From an uncultured Bdellovibrionales bacterium (GTDB lineage: Bacteria; Patescibacteriota; Minisyncoccia; Moranbacterales; UBA1568), in the NCBI GenBank assembly GCA_964612055.1, contig CAZTBI010000001.1:420824-484823 (forward strand): a stretch of DNA of 64,000 nt, given 5' to 3'. Numbering within the stretch: the stretch's first letter is position 1; the number at the start of each line of letters is the position of its first letter. The notes beneath the pieces are model-generated. The model saw only the letters and a program-made list of their open reading frames with translations, did not search any database and had not been told where the DNA came from. The position numbers and the translations under genes were made by a program. Shown here in pieces: positions 48,541-56,591 of the stretch.

Positions 48541-48628
48541 TATGTTTCCCAGAAAATCCCATTATGTATACCAAAAAACCCGCCATTGAGACGAGTTTAT
48601 TGTACCATAAAAAAGACCTGTCCTCCTA

Positions 48629-49678
48629 TCAGATTTTGAACACTATGACATCGCCATCCTGCACCACGTAGTCCTTGCCCTCGAGACGAAGCGTCCCGTT
48701 GTCTCTGGCAGCACTCCAAGATCCCGCTTCAACAAGCTTCGTCCAGTGAATTATTTCCGCTCGGATAAATTTTTCTTCAAAGTCGCCATGGATAGCAGCT
48801 CCCGCTTGCGGCGCTGTCGAGCCCTGGTGGATAGTCCAGGCGCGCGTCTCCACCTCGCCGGTCGTAAAATAGGTCATTAGTCCCAGAAGCGCATACGCCT
48901 TCTTGGCCAGATCTCCGAGATGGGACACCAGTTCCATTTCCGTTATTTCCTCCTGAGTCATTTCAATCAACTCCTCTTCGATCTTGATATCGAGCTTCAC
49001 ATGTGGTCGCGCCTCAAGCTCTGGTGCCAGTGTTACCGCGACATCAGAAACATTGTACACATAGAGAAACGGCTTCGTGGTAAGAAGCTGCAACTCCTTC
49101 ACAATCTTTTTTTCTTCATCAGAAAGCGTCTCAATCATGGCGTGCGGCAAACGGGCAGCTTGAAATTCTGTTTCCAACTTCTCAAGCACTCCCATCTCCG
49201 CCAGGGCTTCTTTCTTCCCGGCCCGCGCCTCTTTCACAGTTTTCAATTTCCGCTTCGTCACTGTCTCAAGATCAGCCAAGATGAGCTCAGTATTGATAAC
49301 TTCGATATCCTCTTTCGGTTCGACGCGGTTGTGGACATGGATAATATCAGGGTTTTCAAATACCCGCACCACTTCAACAATAGCATCCACCTCGCGGATA
49401 TTCTGCAAAAATTTATTGCCCAGCCCCTCCCCTTCGCTTGCCCCTTTCACCAAGCCAGCAATATCCACGAATTCGATCACTGCCGGAATGATCTTCTTGG
49501 TATTGGACATGACGGCCAATTTCCCCAAACGCTCATCAGGTACTTCGACGATCCCGACATTCGGCTCGATGGTACAGAAAGGATAGTTATTGATATCCAC
49601 CTGCTTCCGTGTCAGCGCCTTGAACAGTGTGGATTTCCCCACGTTTGGCAGCCCAACAATGCCCACTTTCAAACTCAT
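48629..49678 (-). CDS. ychF: Redox-regulated ATPase YchF (Obg-family GTPase with TGS domain)
   Basis: MSLKVGIVGLPNVGKSTLFKALT G1 motif and a C-terminal TGS (...GKDYVVQDGDVIVFKI). Confidence 0.95.
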   Translation of the reverse strand: MSLKVGIVGLPNVGKSTLFKALTRKQVDINNYPFCTIEPNVGIVEVPDERLGKLAVMSNTKKIIPAVIEFVDIAGLVKGASEGEGLGNKFLQNIREVDAIVEVVRVFENPDIIHVHNRVEPKEDIEVINTELILADLETVTKRKLKTVKEARAGKKEALAEMGVLEKLETEFQAARLPHAMIETLSDEEKKIVKELQLLTTKPFLYVYNVSDVAVTLAPELEARPHVKLDIKIEEELIEMTQEEITEMELVSHLGDLAKKAYALLGLMTYFTTGEVETRAWTIHQGSTAPQAGAAIHGDFEEKFIRAEIIHWTKLVEAGSWSAARDNGTLRLEGKDYVVQDGDVIVFKI

Positions 49679-49740
49679 AGTATATTCATTAGTTCATCTC
49701 ATTCTTCCAGAAAAACAGGCTTTGGTCAATAATCATGCAT

Positions 49741-49864
49741 CTTCCAAAAGTTCTCTTGGGCACACCTGGAGCCGAAAGCCAGTCTTTTCCGTTTTGGAAA
49801 AGTTTCGGCGAAGAGTAGAGAGAATCCGCTGGGATTCTCTCGGCACAAGAGAATTATTTGGAAG
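49741..49864. ncRNA. Structured repeat element, copy 1 (about 120 nt), with nested helices and candidate sRNA/riboswitch-like or MITE-like character. The core TTCTCTTGGGCAC...GGCACAAGAGA is bracketed by an outer helix CTTCCAAA/TTTGGAAG.
   Basis: Near-identical core to 53829-53923. Internal perfect hairpins (CTTTCCG/CGGAAAG, CCGAAA/TTTCGG, GAGAATCC/GGGATTCTC). Confidence 0.45.
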
Positions 49865-49883
49865 GTAAATGATTAAGGTTCAG

Positions 49884-49926
49884 TAAAAGAAAAAACGCCT
49901 CGCTCGTTGTGAAACGAGAGAGGCGC
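49884..49926 (-). terminator. Rho-independent terminator downstream of lipoprotein gene 1. It is near-identical to the terminator of lipoprotein gene 2.
   Basis: Minus strand reads GCGCCTCTCTCGTTTCACAACGAGCGAGGCG followed by TTTTTTCTTTTACTG. It shares about 45 nt with 50886-50930. Confidence 0.7.
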
Positions 49927-49947
49927 ATAGAGCACGTTGGCCGAAAA

Positions 49948-50775
49948 TCAGAGGAGCGTGATGCCGCCGGTTTCCTTCAGATCCCAGCGTGGGCTCTTAG
50001 GATTGAGCGGCACCTTGGTACCGTCCTTCAGGATCACCACGATGTAGCCCTGGTCGTTGTTCGGCATGCCCAGGATATCGACGTAGTAGTCGCCATTCCC
50101 GGTCAAGGCCAAAGTGCCTCGTGCCGTGCTGTCATACCAATACGTCAACTCCGATATCCACTGGACGTAGGCCACGGCCAATGGGTCGACCCGGTACGCC
50201 AGACCGCCCAAGACGTTGGCACCAAAGTCGATGTGGAGCTTGTCCGGTGAAACGAACGTGATGCTCCCCAGATGGTAGTCACCGTACTGGAGAGCTCCAT
50301 CACTGGTGATCACGATCTTCGCGCCGGTCACATCCCAGCGGCTGTCCTTCTCACTGATGGCAAACGCCACGGGCTCGCCGGTCTTCAGGATGATTCGGAA
50401 GTAGCCCTCGTCGGCATGAGCCGTGTTTGGCAGAACCGTCGTCCCGCTCGGATCGAATGGTGCCCGAGCCAGGGAGTCCTCCCAGCCGACCAAACCCGAA
50501 ATGAACTCTACTTCCCCCACTTCTTCGGGCTTAATGATCCTCGTGGGATCATCCTTCCCTGTGGTCGGGTTCTTCGTTGCCATCCCCAGGAGATGTTCCT
50601 GGGACAGATCGAACTTCACCGTGATGACATCCGACCCGATACCAATCTTCCCGCCTTTTTGCCAGGCAGGAAATGCCCGATCAGGACCGGTATCACCACC
50701 GCCACCACCGCAAGCTGCAAGCAGCACGGACAGCGACAGAGCAAGCAAGAAAGAAAGTACGCTGTGCCTCTTCAT
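49948..50775 (-). CDS. Lipoprotein (signal peptide plus lipobox LLAAC, Gly-rich linker) in a GC-rich island
   Basis: MKRHSVLSFLLALSLSVLLAACGGGGG and a strong SD GGAGG upstream. Confidence 0.6.
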   Translation of the reverse strand: MKRHSVLSFLLALSLSVLLAACGGGGGDTGPDRAFPAWQKGGKIGIGSDVITVKFDLSQEHLLGMATKNPTTGKDDPTRIIKPEEVGEVEFISGLVGWEDSLARAPFDPSGTTVLPNTAHADEGYFRIILKTGEPVAFAISEKDSRWDVTGAKIVITSDGALQYGDYHLGSITFVSPDKLHIDFGANVLGGLAYRVDPLAVAYVQWISELTYWYDSTARGTLALTGNGDYYVDILGMPNNDQGYIVVILKDGTKVPLNPKSPRWDLKETGGITLL

Positions 50776-50885
50776 GGCAACCTCCGTGTTGAGTGAAAGA
50801 ACAGGCCATCCTCCTCAAGAAATCTGTTTTTGAAGTGGACTGAGTATCATACCTCAAAACCACTCTTCTGTAAAGAATCAGTAAA

Positions 50886-50930
50886 AGAAAAAACGCCTCG
50901 CCCGTTATGAAACGAGAGAGGCGTGGTGAT
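50886..50930 (-). terminator. Rho-independent terminator downstream of lipoprotein gene 2 (paralogous to 49884-49926)
   Basis: Shared sequence CAGTAAAAGAAAAAACGCCTCGCYCGTTRTGAAACGAGAGAGGCG. Confidence 0.7.
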
Positions 50931-50940
50931 CGCTTTCCGA

Positions 50941-52062
50941 TCAGTTGCAGCTGTACTTCAGCTTGTAGTCCGTGGTGTCGAAGGTCGCCGTGACGCTCGG
51001 GTCCGACAAGAGTGTCCAAATCGGCGGGCCAGCGAACCAGCCGAAACCGAAGGGGCCGACCTCGTCCTGTTCCGGATCGTAGGTCACGGTGCCGTCGTCA
51101 TGCTTCGTTCCCTGAAGCCCTGTGACATTGCCGTTGCCTTGGCACGGCAGGTTCGGGAATTCGAAGTAGAAGTTCCCGGTACCTTCGTCAAAGAGGATGG
51201 GTACCAAGTGAGCTGAGGGCGCCACGGCGTTGCCATCCTTGTCCGTCCAGGGAATGTAGCCCCAGCCGTCCTTGCCATCGGCACCGGCCGTATCAGCATT
51301 CCAGTTGAACGCAAGTGGGTGGTTCTCCAGGTCGAAGGTGTCGATATCGACCAAGTGGTCGTTCTTCCCGAAGCCGCCGGCGCAGTTCGATCCGAAATCG
51401 AATCGGAACTTCGCCGTGCCATCGGCATTCTTCATGCCTTTGAACGTGGCACCCTGGTAGTCACCCCAGTTGATCTGGCCGCCGTTGTCGAGCACCACGC
51501 CCGGCAGACCAGCTGGATCGATCGTGAACTTACGTTCCGATGTCAGATCCATCCAAAGCGGCACGTCGCCCGTCGACTTGAGGTAGGCCGTGTAGAACAC
51601 GACGTCCCGGTTGCAGGTGCCAGGCAAAGCGACCGTATTGGTCTCCAGGTCCGGTGCCGCACAGGCCCGCGACACATTGCCGTTGATCGAGAGCCCCACC
51701 TGGAACGAGTTGGCGCAGATCTTGTCGAGATCCGCCGGATCGATCAGGTAGGTACCTGCTTCATCCGACCAGCCGTAGTAGAAAAGGCCGTCTTCCGTAC
51801 GGTTCAGACCGATGAACTGGCTGACCGGTGTCGCCAAGATGGATCCTGCCGACGTGACCGGCAGGGTATCACCTTCTGCCGCGACCTTGTTCTGGGCGAG
51901 GATATGAGCCTGCCCGAACTGGCTCTTGATGGTGACATCCACTGCCTTGGGCGGCGGATCTCCTTGGACAGGTGGTTCCGTGCTGGCACCACCGCCACCA
52001 CCGCAGGCCGTGAGAGCTGCCAGGATACCTGGCAGAATGAAGTAAGTTGTGAACGAACGCAT
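50941..52062 (-). CDS. Lipoprotein (signal peptide plus lipobox ALTAC, Gly-rich linker) in a GC-rich island. Start at 52062 with SD GGAGGAAATC; the track ORF extends to 52140.
   Basis: MRSFTTYFILPGILAALTACGGGGG. The N-terminal architecture parallels the neighbouring lipoprotein. Confidence 0.6.
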   Translation of the reverse strand: MRSFTTYFILPGILAALTACGGGGGASTEPPVQGDPPPKAVDVTIKSQFGQAHILAQNKVAAEGDTLPVTSAGSILATPVSQFIGLNRTEDGLFYYGWSDEAGTYLIDPADLDKICANSFQVGLSINGNVSRACAAPDLETNTVALPGTCNRDVVFYTAYLKSTGDVPLWMDLTSERKFTIDPAGLPGVVLDNGGQINWGDYQGATFKGMKNADGTAKFRFDFGSNCAGGFGKNDHLVDIDTFDLENHPLAFNWNADTAGADGKDGWGYIPWTDKDGNAVAPSAHLVPILFDEGTGNFYFEFPNLPCQGNGNVTGLQGTKHDDGTVTYDPEQDEVGPFGFGWFAGPPIWTLLSDPSVTATFDTTDYKLKYSCN

Positions 52063-52231
52063 GATTTCCTCCGAATGAGGGTTGAGGGGACTCGCGTCCC
52101 CTTCAGGTATACGCTTTGCTTTCGCCGCGTAACCCCTCATGAGGACCCTTCAGCGTACAAGGAAACCGATGTTTTGTCAATAGGGACAGCAGAATGCTAT
52201 ACTAGTGGCATAAACTTTCAGAATTTCCTCT

Positions 52232-53566
52232 ATGAAACCAGAAATCTTCAAAGCCTACGATATCCGGGGCATCTACCCGACCGAGATCAACGAAGATGAT
52301 GCTTACCATATCGGCCGAGCTGTGGTGGAACATTTACAACCGAAAGTGCTCGGTGTTGGTCGTGATATAAGGGAGTCTTCTCCGCGTCTGTTCGAAAGCT
52401 TTGCGAAAGGTGTCATGGATGGTGGCGCTAACGTTATCGACCTCGGTATCATCACCACGCCGATGGTGTACTTCGCGGCAGGACGACTCGATATCGACGC
52501 CGCTGTTTCACTGACTGCCTCACATAATCCTCCAGAATACAACGGCTTGAAAATTGCTCTCCGTGGCGCTGTCCCAGTCGGAGAAACCACCGGTCTGCGA
52601 GAAATTCGTGACCTCGCGCTCAAACAAGAATGGCCAACCATCACCGAACGAGGAACCATGACCAGCGAAGATGTGAAACACGCCTACTATGGCTACTTCG
52701 CTTCCTTTGCCGACTTCAAAGGCAAACACTTCACTCTCGCTATTGATACCGCCAACTCCATGGGAGTCTTTGAGCTTCCTATCTATGAGCAGTTCGCTGA
52801 AAACCTCTCTGTCGTCAATCTCTACAACGATCTCGATCACCCTTTCGAATGTCACGAGGCCAATCCGCTCAAGACCGAGACACTTGATGAACTGCGCGCT
52901 AAAGTAACTGAGATCCACGCTGATCTTGGTATCGCCTACGATGGCGATGCGGATCGCGTCGGATTTGTTGATGAAACTGGAACCGTCATTCCTATGGATC
53001 TGACCACCGGACTCATTGCCAAGACCATCCTGAAACACAATCCTGGCCGCACCGTCCTCTATGATTTGCGCTCTTCCAAGGCCGTCAAAGAAATTATCGA
53101 AGAAAATGGAGGTGTCGCCAAAGAATGCCGCGTCGGGCACGCCTATATCAAACGCCAAATGACCGAGGAAGGAGCTGTGTTTGCCGGCGAACTTTCTGGC
53201 CACTACTACTTCCAAGAAAATTCCAACGCCGAAGCCAGTACCTTGGCCGCCCTCCTTCTTCTCAATCTCATGGCTGAAACCGGCAAACCAATCTCTGAGC
53301 TCGTTTCAGAACTCCGTCGCTACAGTCATTCCGGGGAGATCAATAGTGAGGTCGCTGACAAAAATGCTGTGCTTACTACCCTGAAAACTAAATATGCCGA
53401 TGGTAAACAACATGAACTCGATGGCTTGAAAGTGGAATATGAAGACTGGTGGTTTAATGTTCGTCCGTCCAACACCGAGCCCCTGCTCCGTCTCAATCTC
53501 GAGGCCAACACGCCGGAACTGATGGAAGAAAAGAAAACCGAACTTTTGGCACTCATCCGAGGATAA
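52232..53566 (+). CDS. Phosphoglucomutase/phosphomannomutase family protein
   Basis: Active-site TASHNPPEYNGLK (phosphoserine loop), a metal-binding DGDADR motif and an N-terminus typical of PMM/PGM. Confidence 0.9.
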   Translation: MKPEIFKAYDIRGIYPTEINEDDAYHIGRAVVEHLQPKVLGVGRDIRESSPRLFESFAKGVMDGGANVIDLGIITTPMVYFAAGRLDIDAAVSLTASHNPPEYNGLKIALRGAVPVGETTGLREIRDLALKQEWPTITERGTMTSEDVKHAYYGYFASFADFKGKHFTLAIDTANSMGVFELPIYEQFAENLSVVNLYNDLDHPFECHEANPLKTETLDELRAKVTEIHADLGIAYDGDADRVGFVDETGTVIPMDLTTGLIAKTILKHNPGRTVLYDLRSSKAVKEIIEENGGVAKECRVGHAYIKRQMTEEGAVFAGELSGHYYFQENSNAEASTLAALLLLNLMAETGKPISELVSELRRYSHSGEINSEVADKNAVLTTLKTKYADGKQHELDGLKVEYEDWWFNVRPSNTEPLLRLNLEANTPELMEEKKTELLALIRG

Positions 53567-53815
53567 AGAAACAAAGCGCCCGCTCCCTTTCTCGGGCGAT
53601 GAGTTTCCCAAAAATACCCTCCCTTTTCTTCCCCCATTGTTTCCGCCGAACATCCCTGACTCACTTCGTCGAACAGGGAGCTGTCGAGTCGAGACCATCC
53701 TGCCTACGCTCGACTGTTACCGGCGCGCTCATCACGGATGTGACCGTCGGAAACGGGAGAAAGAAAATGAAAGTATTTTTGGAAACTCTCTCAATACATC
53801 GTTTTCCACTCCCAA

Positions 53816-53937
53816 GAATTCTCTTGGGCACGCCTGGAGCCGAAAGCATGGTCTTTCCGTTCTTACGGAAAGTTTCGGCGAAGAGTAGCGAAAACCCGCT
53901 GGGGTTTTCGTGGCACAAGAGAGTTGCTTGGGAGTGG
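53816..53937. ncRNA. Structured repeat element, copy 2. The core is identical to copy 1, and the outer helix is CCACTCCCAAG/CTTGGGAGTGG (compensatory relative to copy 1).
   Basis: Core at 53829-53923 matches 49751-49853. The outer flanks differ between copies yet remain complementary within each copy. Confidence 0.45.
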
Positions 53938-54035
53938 AAGGAACAAAAAAACTTGCATAGTTTTTCGAGAAAGAGTAAAATAGTCACTAATGAACCATCT
54001 CATCCCCAAAGAAACCGCCTTTCGTAAAGCGTCGT

Positions 54036-54062
54036 AAGACCGCCACTGAGGCGGTTTTTTTC
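54036..54062 (+). terminator. Rho-independent terminator (GACCGCCACTGAGGCGGTC-like stem plus TTTTTTTCTG)
   Basis: CCGCC/GGCGG stem followed by a T7 run on the plus strand, downstream of repeat copy 2. Confidence 0.55.
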
Positions 54063-54101
54063 TGATTCAAAACTGTTCCTTTCCAAATTAGAGGAGAAGC
54101 T

Positions 54102-54404
54102 ATGACAAAGAATCCTACTCATCTCACTCTCTGGCTCACCGAAATCGACAAACTTAGGGAGAGGGGTGTCGTCATCTGTCCGCTCATGGGCCCAGACTAT
54201 CCAGCAGAGATCTGTGCCTGTGACATTCCAGAAACACGAGCTCATTTCTTCGCAGAGCAACCGGATGAACTCCTCTGTTGTGTCGGAAAATCCTGTCTTC
54301 CGACGTTGATTCACACTGATCTCGCCGGTGAAGAACGTAGCCCCAAGCCACCGCCCCGACTCAAACGACCACGAGGTTCATGGATCGCAGCGCTTCGCAA
54401 ATAG
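54102..54404 (+). CDS. Hypothetical Cys-rich small protein (100 aa)
   Basis: SD GAGGAGAAG about 8 nt upstream of the ATG; seven Cys residues. Confidence 0.4.
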   Translation: MTKNPTHLTLWLTEIDKLRERGVVICPLMGPDYPAEICACDIPETRAHFFAEQPDELLCCVGKSCLPTLIHTDLAGEERSPKPPPRLKRPRGSWIAALRK

Positions 54405-54451
54405 CCAAAACCCGCCCCAGAAACTGGGAGCGGGATTTTTTTCTATAATTC

Positions 54452-55465
54452 CTAGTACGAGATCAGGCCAACTTTATCAAATACTTGGCGCATTTTCTCA
54501 CGAGCCATTGGCTTCACTTTTTCAGCTCCCGTTTTCAGAATTTCCAACACTTCGTCATCAGAGATGGCGGCCAGTCGTTCTTGAAACGGCGTCAAGAAAT
54601 TTACGACTACTTCCGCCAGATCGGTCTTGAAATCACCGTACCCTTTCCCGACATACATCGCCTCAATTTCTTTCGGAGTTTTCCCTGAAAGTAGAGAATA
54701 GATATTGATCAGGTTCCTGAGAGCTGGTTTCCCTGCCTCGGCGCTAGACGGGTCATCGCTATAAACAATTTCCGATCCACTATCAGTAACTGCCTTTTTA
54801 ATCTTACGCCGCACGGTATCAGCATTATCGGTCAGAGCAATATAATTATATTCACTGGTAGCCGACTTCGACATTTTCTTTGAGGGATCATCAAGCCCCA
54901 TAATAAGCTGTCCTTCCTTTGAAAGTTTCCCTTCTGGAATCACAAATGTTTCTCCAAAGCGCTTATTAAAACGCTCTGCCAAATCACGTGCCAGTTCGAT
55001 ATGCTGCATCTGGTCCTTTCCCACTGGTACGACATTTGTATCATAGAGCAAAATATCCGCCGCCATGAGTACCGGGTAAGTAAAGAGTCCAACGCCCGAC
55101 TCACTGGCTCCGCCCTTCTGGGCCTTGTCCTTGAACTGCGTCATACGCTCAAGCTCCGCCATGCGGGCGATAGTGTTCAAAATCCAGGCCAGCTGTGTAT
55201 GACCAGAAATATGCGACTGGATGAAGAGGGTTGATTTCTTCGGATCGATACCGGAAGCCAAATAGATCTTGGCAATTTCTAACGTCTTTTTACGAAGCTC
55301 CACGGGATCCTGGGGCACCGTGATGGCATGGAGATCAACAATACAGAAAATAGCTTCATTGTCCTCCTGAAGCTCGACCCACTGTTTGATGGCGCCTAAG
55401 TAATTCCCTAAATGGAGATTGCCTGATGGCTGAATTCCTGAAAAAAGCCTCTTTCCCATAGTCAA
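54452..55465 (-). CDS. trpS: Tryptophan--tRNA ligase
   Basis: Class I HIGH-like (QPSGNLHLGNYLG) and KMSKS motifs. Confidence 0.95.
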   Translation of the reverse strand: MTMGKRLFSGIQPSGNLHLGNYLGAIKQWVELQEDNEAIFCIVDLHAITVPQDPVELRKKTLEIAKIYLASGIDPKKSTLFIQSHISGHTQLAWILNTIARMAELERMTQFKDKAQKGGASESGVGLFTYPVLMAADILLYDTNVVPVGKDQMQHIELARDLAERFNKRFGETFVIPEGKLSKEGQLIMGLDDPSKKMSKSATSEYNYIALTDNADTVRRKIKKAVTDSGSEIVYSDDPSSAEAGKPALRNLINIYSLLSGKTPKEIEAMYVGKGYGDFKTDLAEVVVNFLTPFQERLAAISDDEVLEILKTGAEKVKPMAREKMRQVFDKVGLISY

Positions 55466-55495
55466 AATATCGTTTCGGTTAGTATAGCCATTGTA

Positions 55496-56512
55496 TCACA
55501 CCCGGGAAGCAGCTTTCGTAAGAGCAAGGTCAATAATCCGATCAAGAAGAAGCGGCATACTGATACCTGCAGCCTGCGCTTCTTTCGGGCAAAGACTCCC
55601 CTCTGTCAGGCCTGGTGAGGTATTGGTCTCAAGAAAATAGAGCTGCCCCGTCCCGTCCATACGAAAGTCAGAACGTGACAGACCGTCACAACCAAGCGTC
55701 CGATGCGCCAAAAGCGCTTCCTCTTGTATCCTCTGTGTCGTAAATTTATCAACTGGCGCGGGACACAGTTCCTGAGTCTCCTTGGAGAAGTACTTATCAT
55801 TAAAATCAAAAACCTTATTCTTGATGATGATCTCCACTGGAGGTAAGAGTATCAAATCGCGATCTGCCGTGTTGCCCAAAATACCACAGGTAAATTCACG
55901 GCCAAAAATGTAGCGCTGAACAATAACTTCCTTTGAGATCTGACGCGCCTTTTCCAAGGCCTCTCCAATTTCTCCTGGATTTTGAATCAATGTCAGACCG
56001 AGTGTCGAGCCGCTGTCATTGGGCTTAATAATGACTGGGTATCCAAATTCAGAGGCAATCCTCTCAGTAACAGCCACTTCTTCATCGTCATAGACACAGA
56101 AAAATTTCGGAACGACGACCTTGGCCTTGGTGACATGTTCCATTGTTTTCACCTTATCAATCGCCAACTGGCTAGCAGCCGCTCCGGAGCCGGTGTATGG
56201 AAGATCCAACTGATCGAGAAACTCCTGGAGCTGCCCATCCTCGCCATACTGACCGTGCAAAGCGTTAAAGAAAAGCTTAAAAGTTTTCAGAAAAGCTAAA
56301 TCCTCATCCTTTTTGAGATCGAGTACCCGTTTCGTGCCATCAGAAGCGTGTAAGCGCCATTCACTCTCGCTCACCACATCAATGAGGCTCGTCTCGTACT
56401 TCCCGTCATCGAGATACTTCATGACATTCTCTCCGGAAGCAAGTGAAATCTGCCGCTCGCCAGAGAAGCCGCCACACAGCACTGCTATCTTTAATTTTTC
56501 TCTTTCAGTCAT
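55496..56512 (-). CDS. ddl: D-alanine--D-alanine ligase (ATP-grasp). The start is likely MTEREKLKIAVLCGG; the track ORF extends to 56545.
   Basis: Ddl N-terminus (IAVLCGGFSGERQISLASG) and ATP-grasp motifs. Confidence 0.9.
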   Translation of the reverse strand: MTEREKLKIAVLCGGFSGERQISLASGENVMKYLDDGKYETSLIDVVSESEWRLHASDGTKRVLDLKKDEDLAFLKTFKLFFNALHGQYGEDGQLQEFLDQLDLPYTGSGAAASQLAIDKVKTMEHVTKAKVVVPKFFCVYDDEEVAVTERIASEFGYPVIIKPNDSGSTLGLTLIQNPGEIGEALEKARQISKEVIVQRYIFGREFTCGILGNTADRDLILLPPVEIIIKNKVFDFNDKYFSKETQELCPAPVDKFTTQRIQEEALLAHRTLGCDGLSRSDFRMDGTGQLYFLETNTSPGLTEGSLCPKEAQAAGISMPLLLDRIIDLALTKAASRV

Positions 56513-56591
56513 AGAAATACTAGAAGTACCCCTATTGTAGCACAAAAAAAACAGCCCTTACGGACTGTTTTTTTCTCTATTCCACCGAAGG

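Noticed and set aside
48920-49732. 270-aa plus-strand ORF antisense to ychF
   Set aside because: ychF on the minus strand has unambiguous GTPase motifs, so this is an antisense artefact.
51319-52299. 326-aa plus-strand ORF across lipoprotein gene 2 and the pgm start
   Set aside because: It is an Arg-rich translation typical of the antisense of GC-rich coding DNA. It crosses a strong promoter/SD region and the start of a well-supported gene.
52520-53215. 231-aa minus-strand ORF inside the PGM/PMM gene
   Set aside because: Antisense of a gene with a clear phosphohexomutase active-site motif (TASHNPPEYNG). It is spurious.
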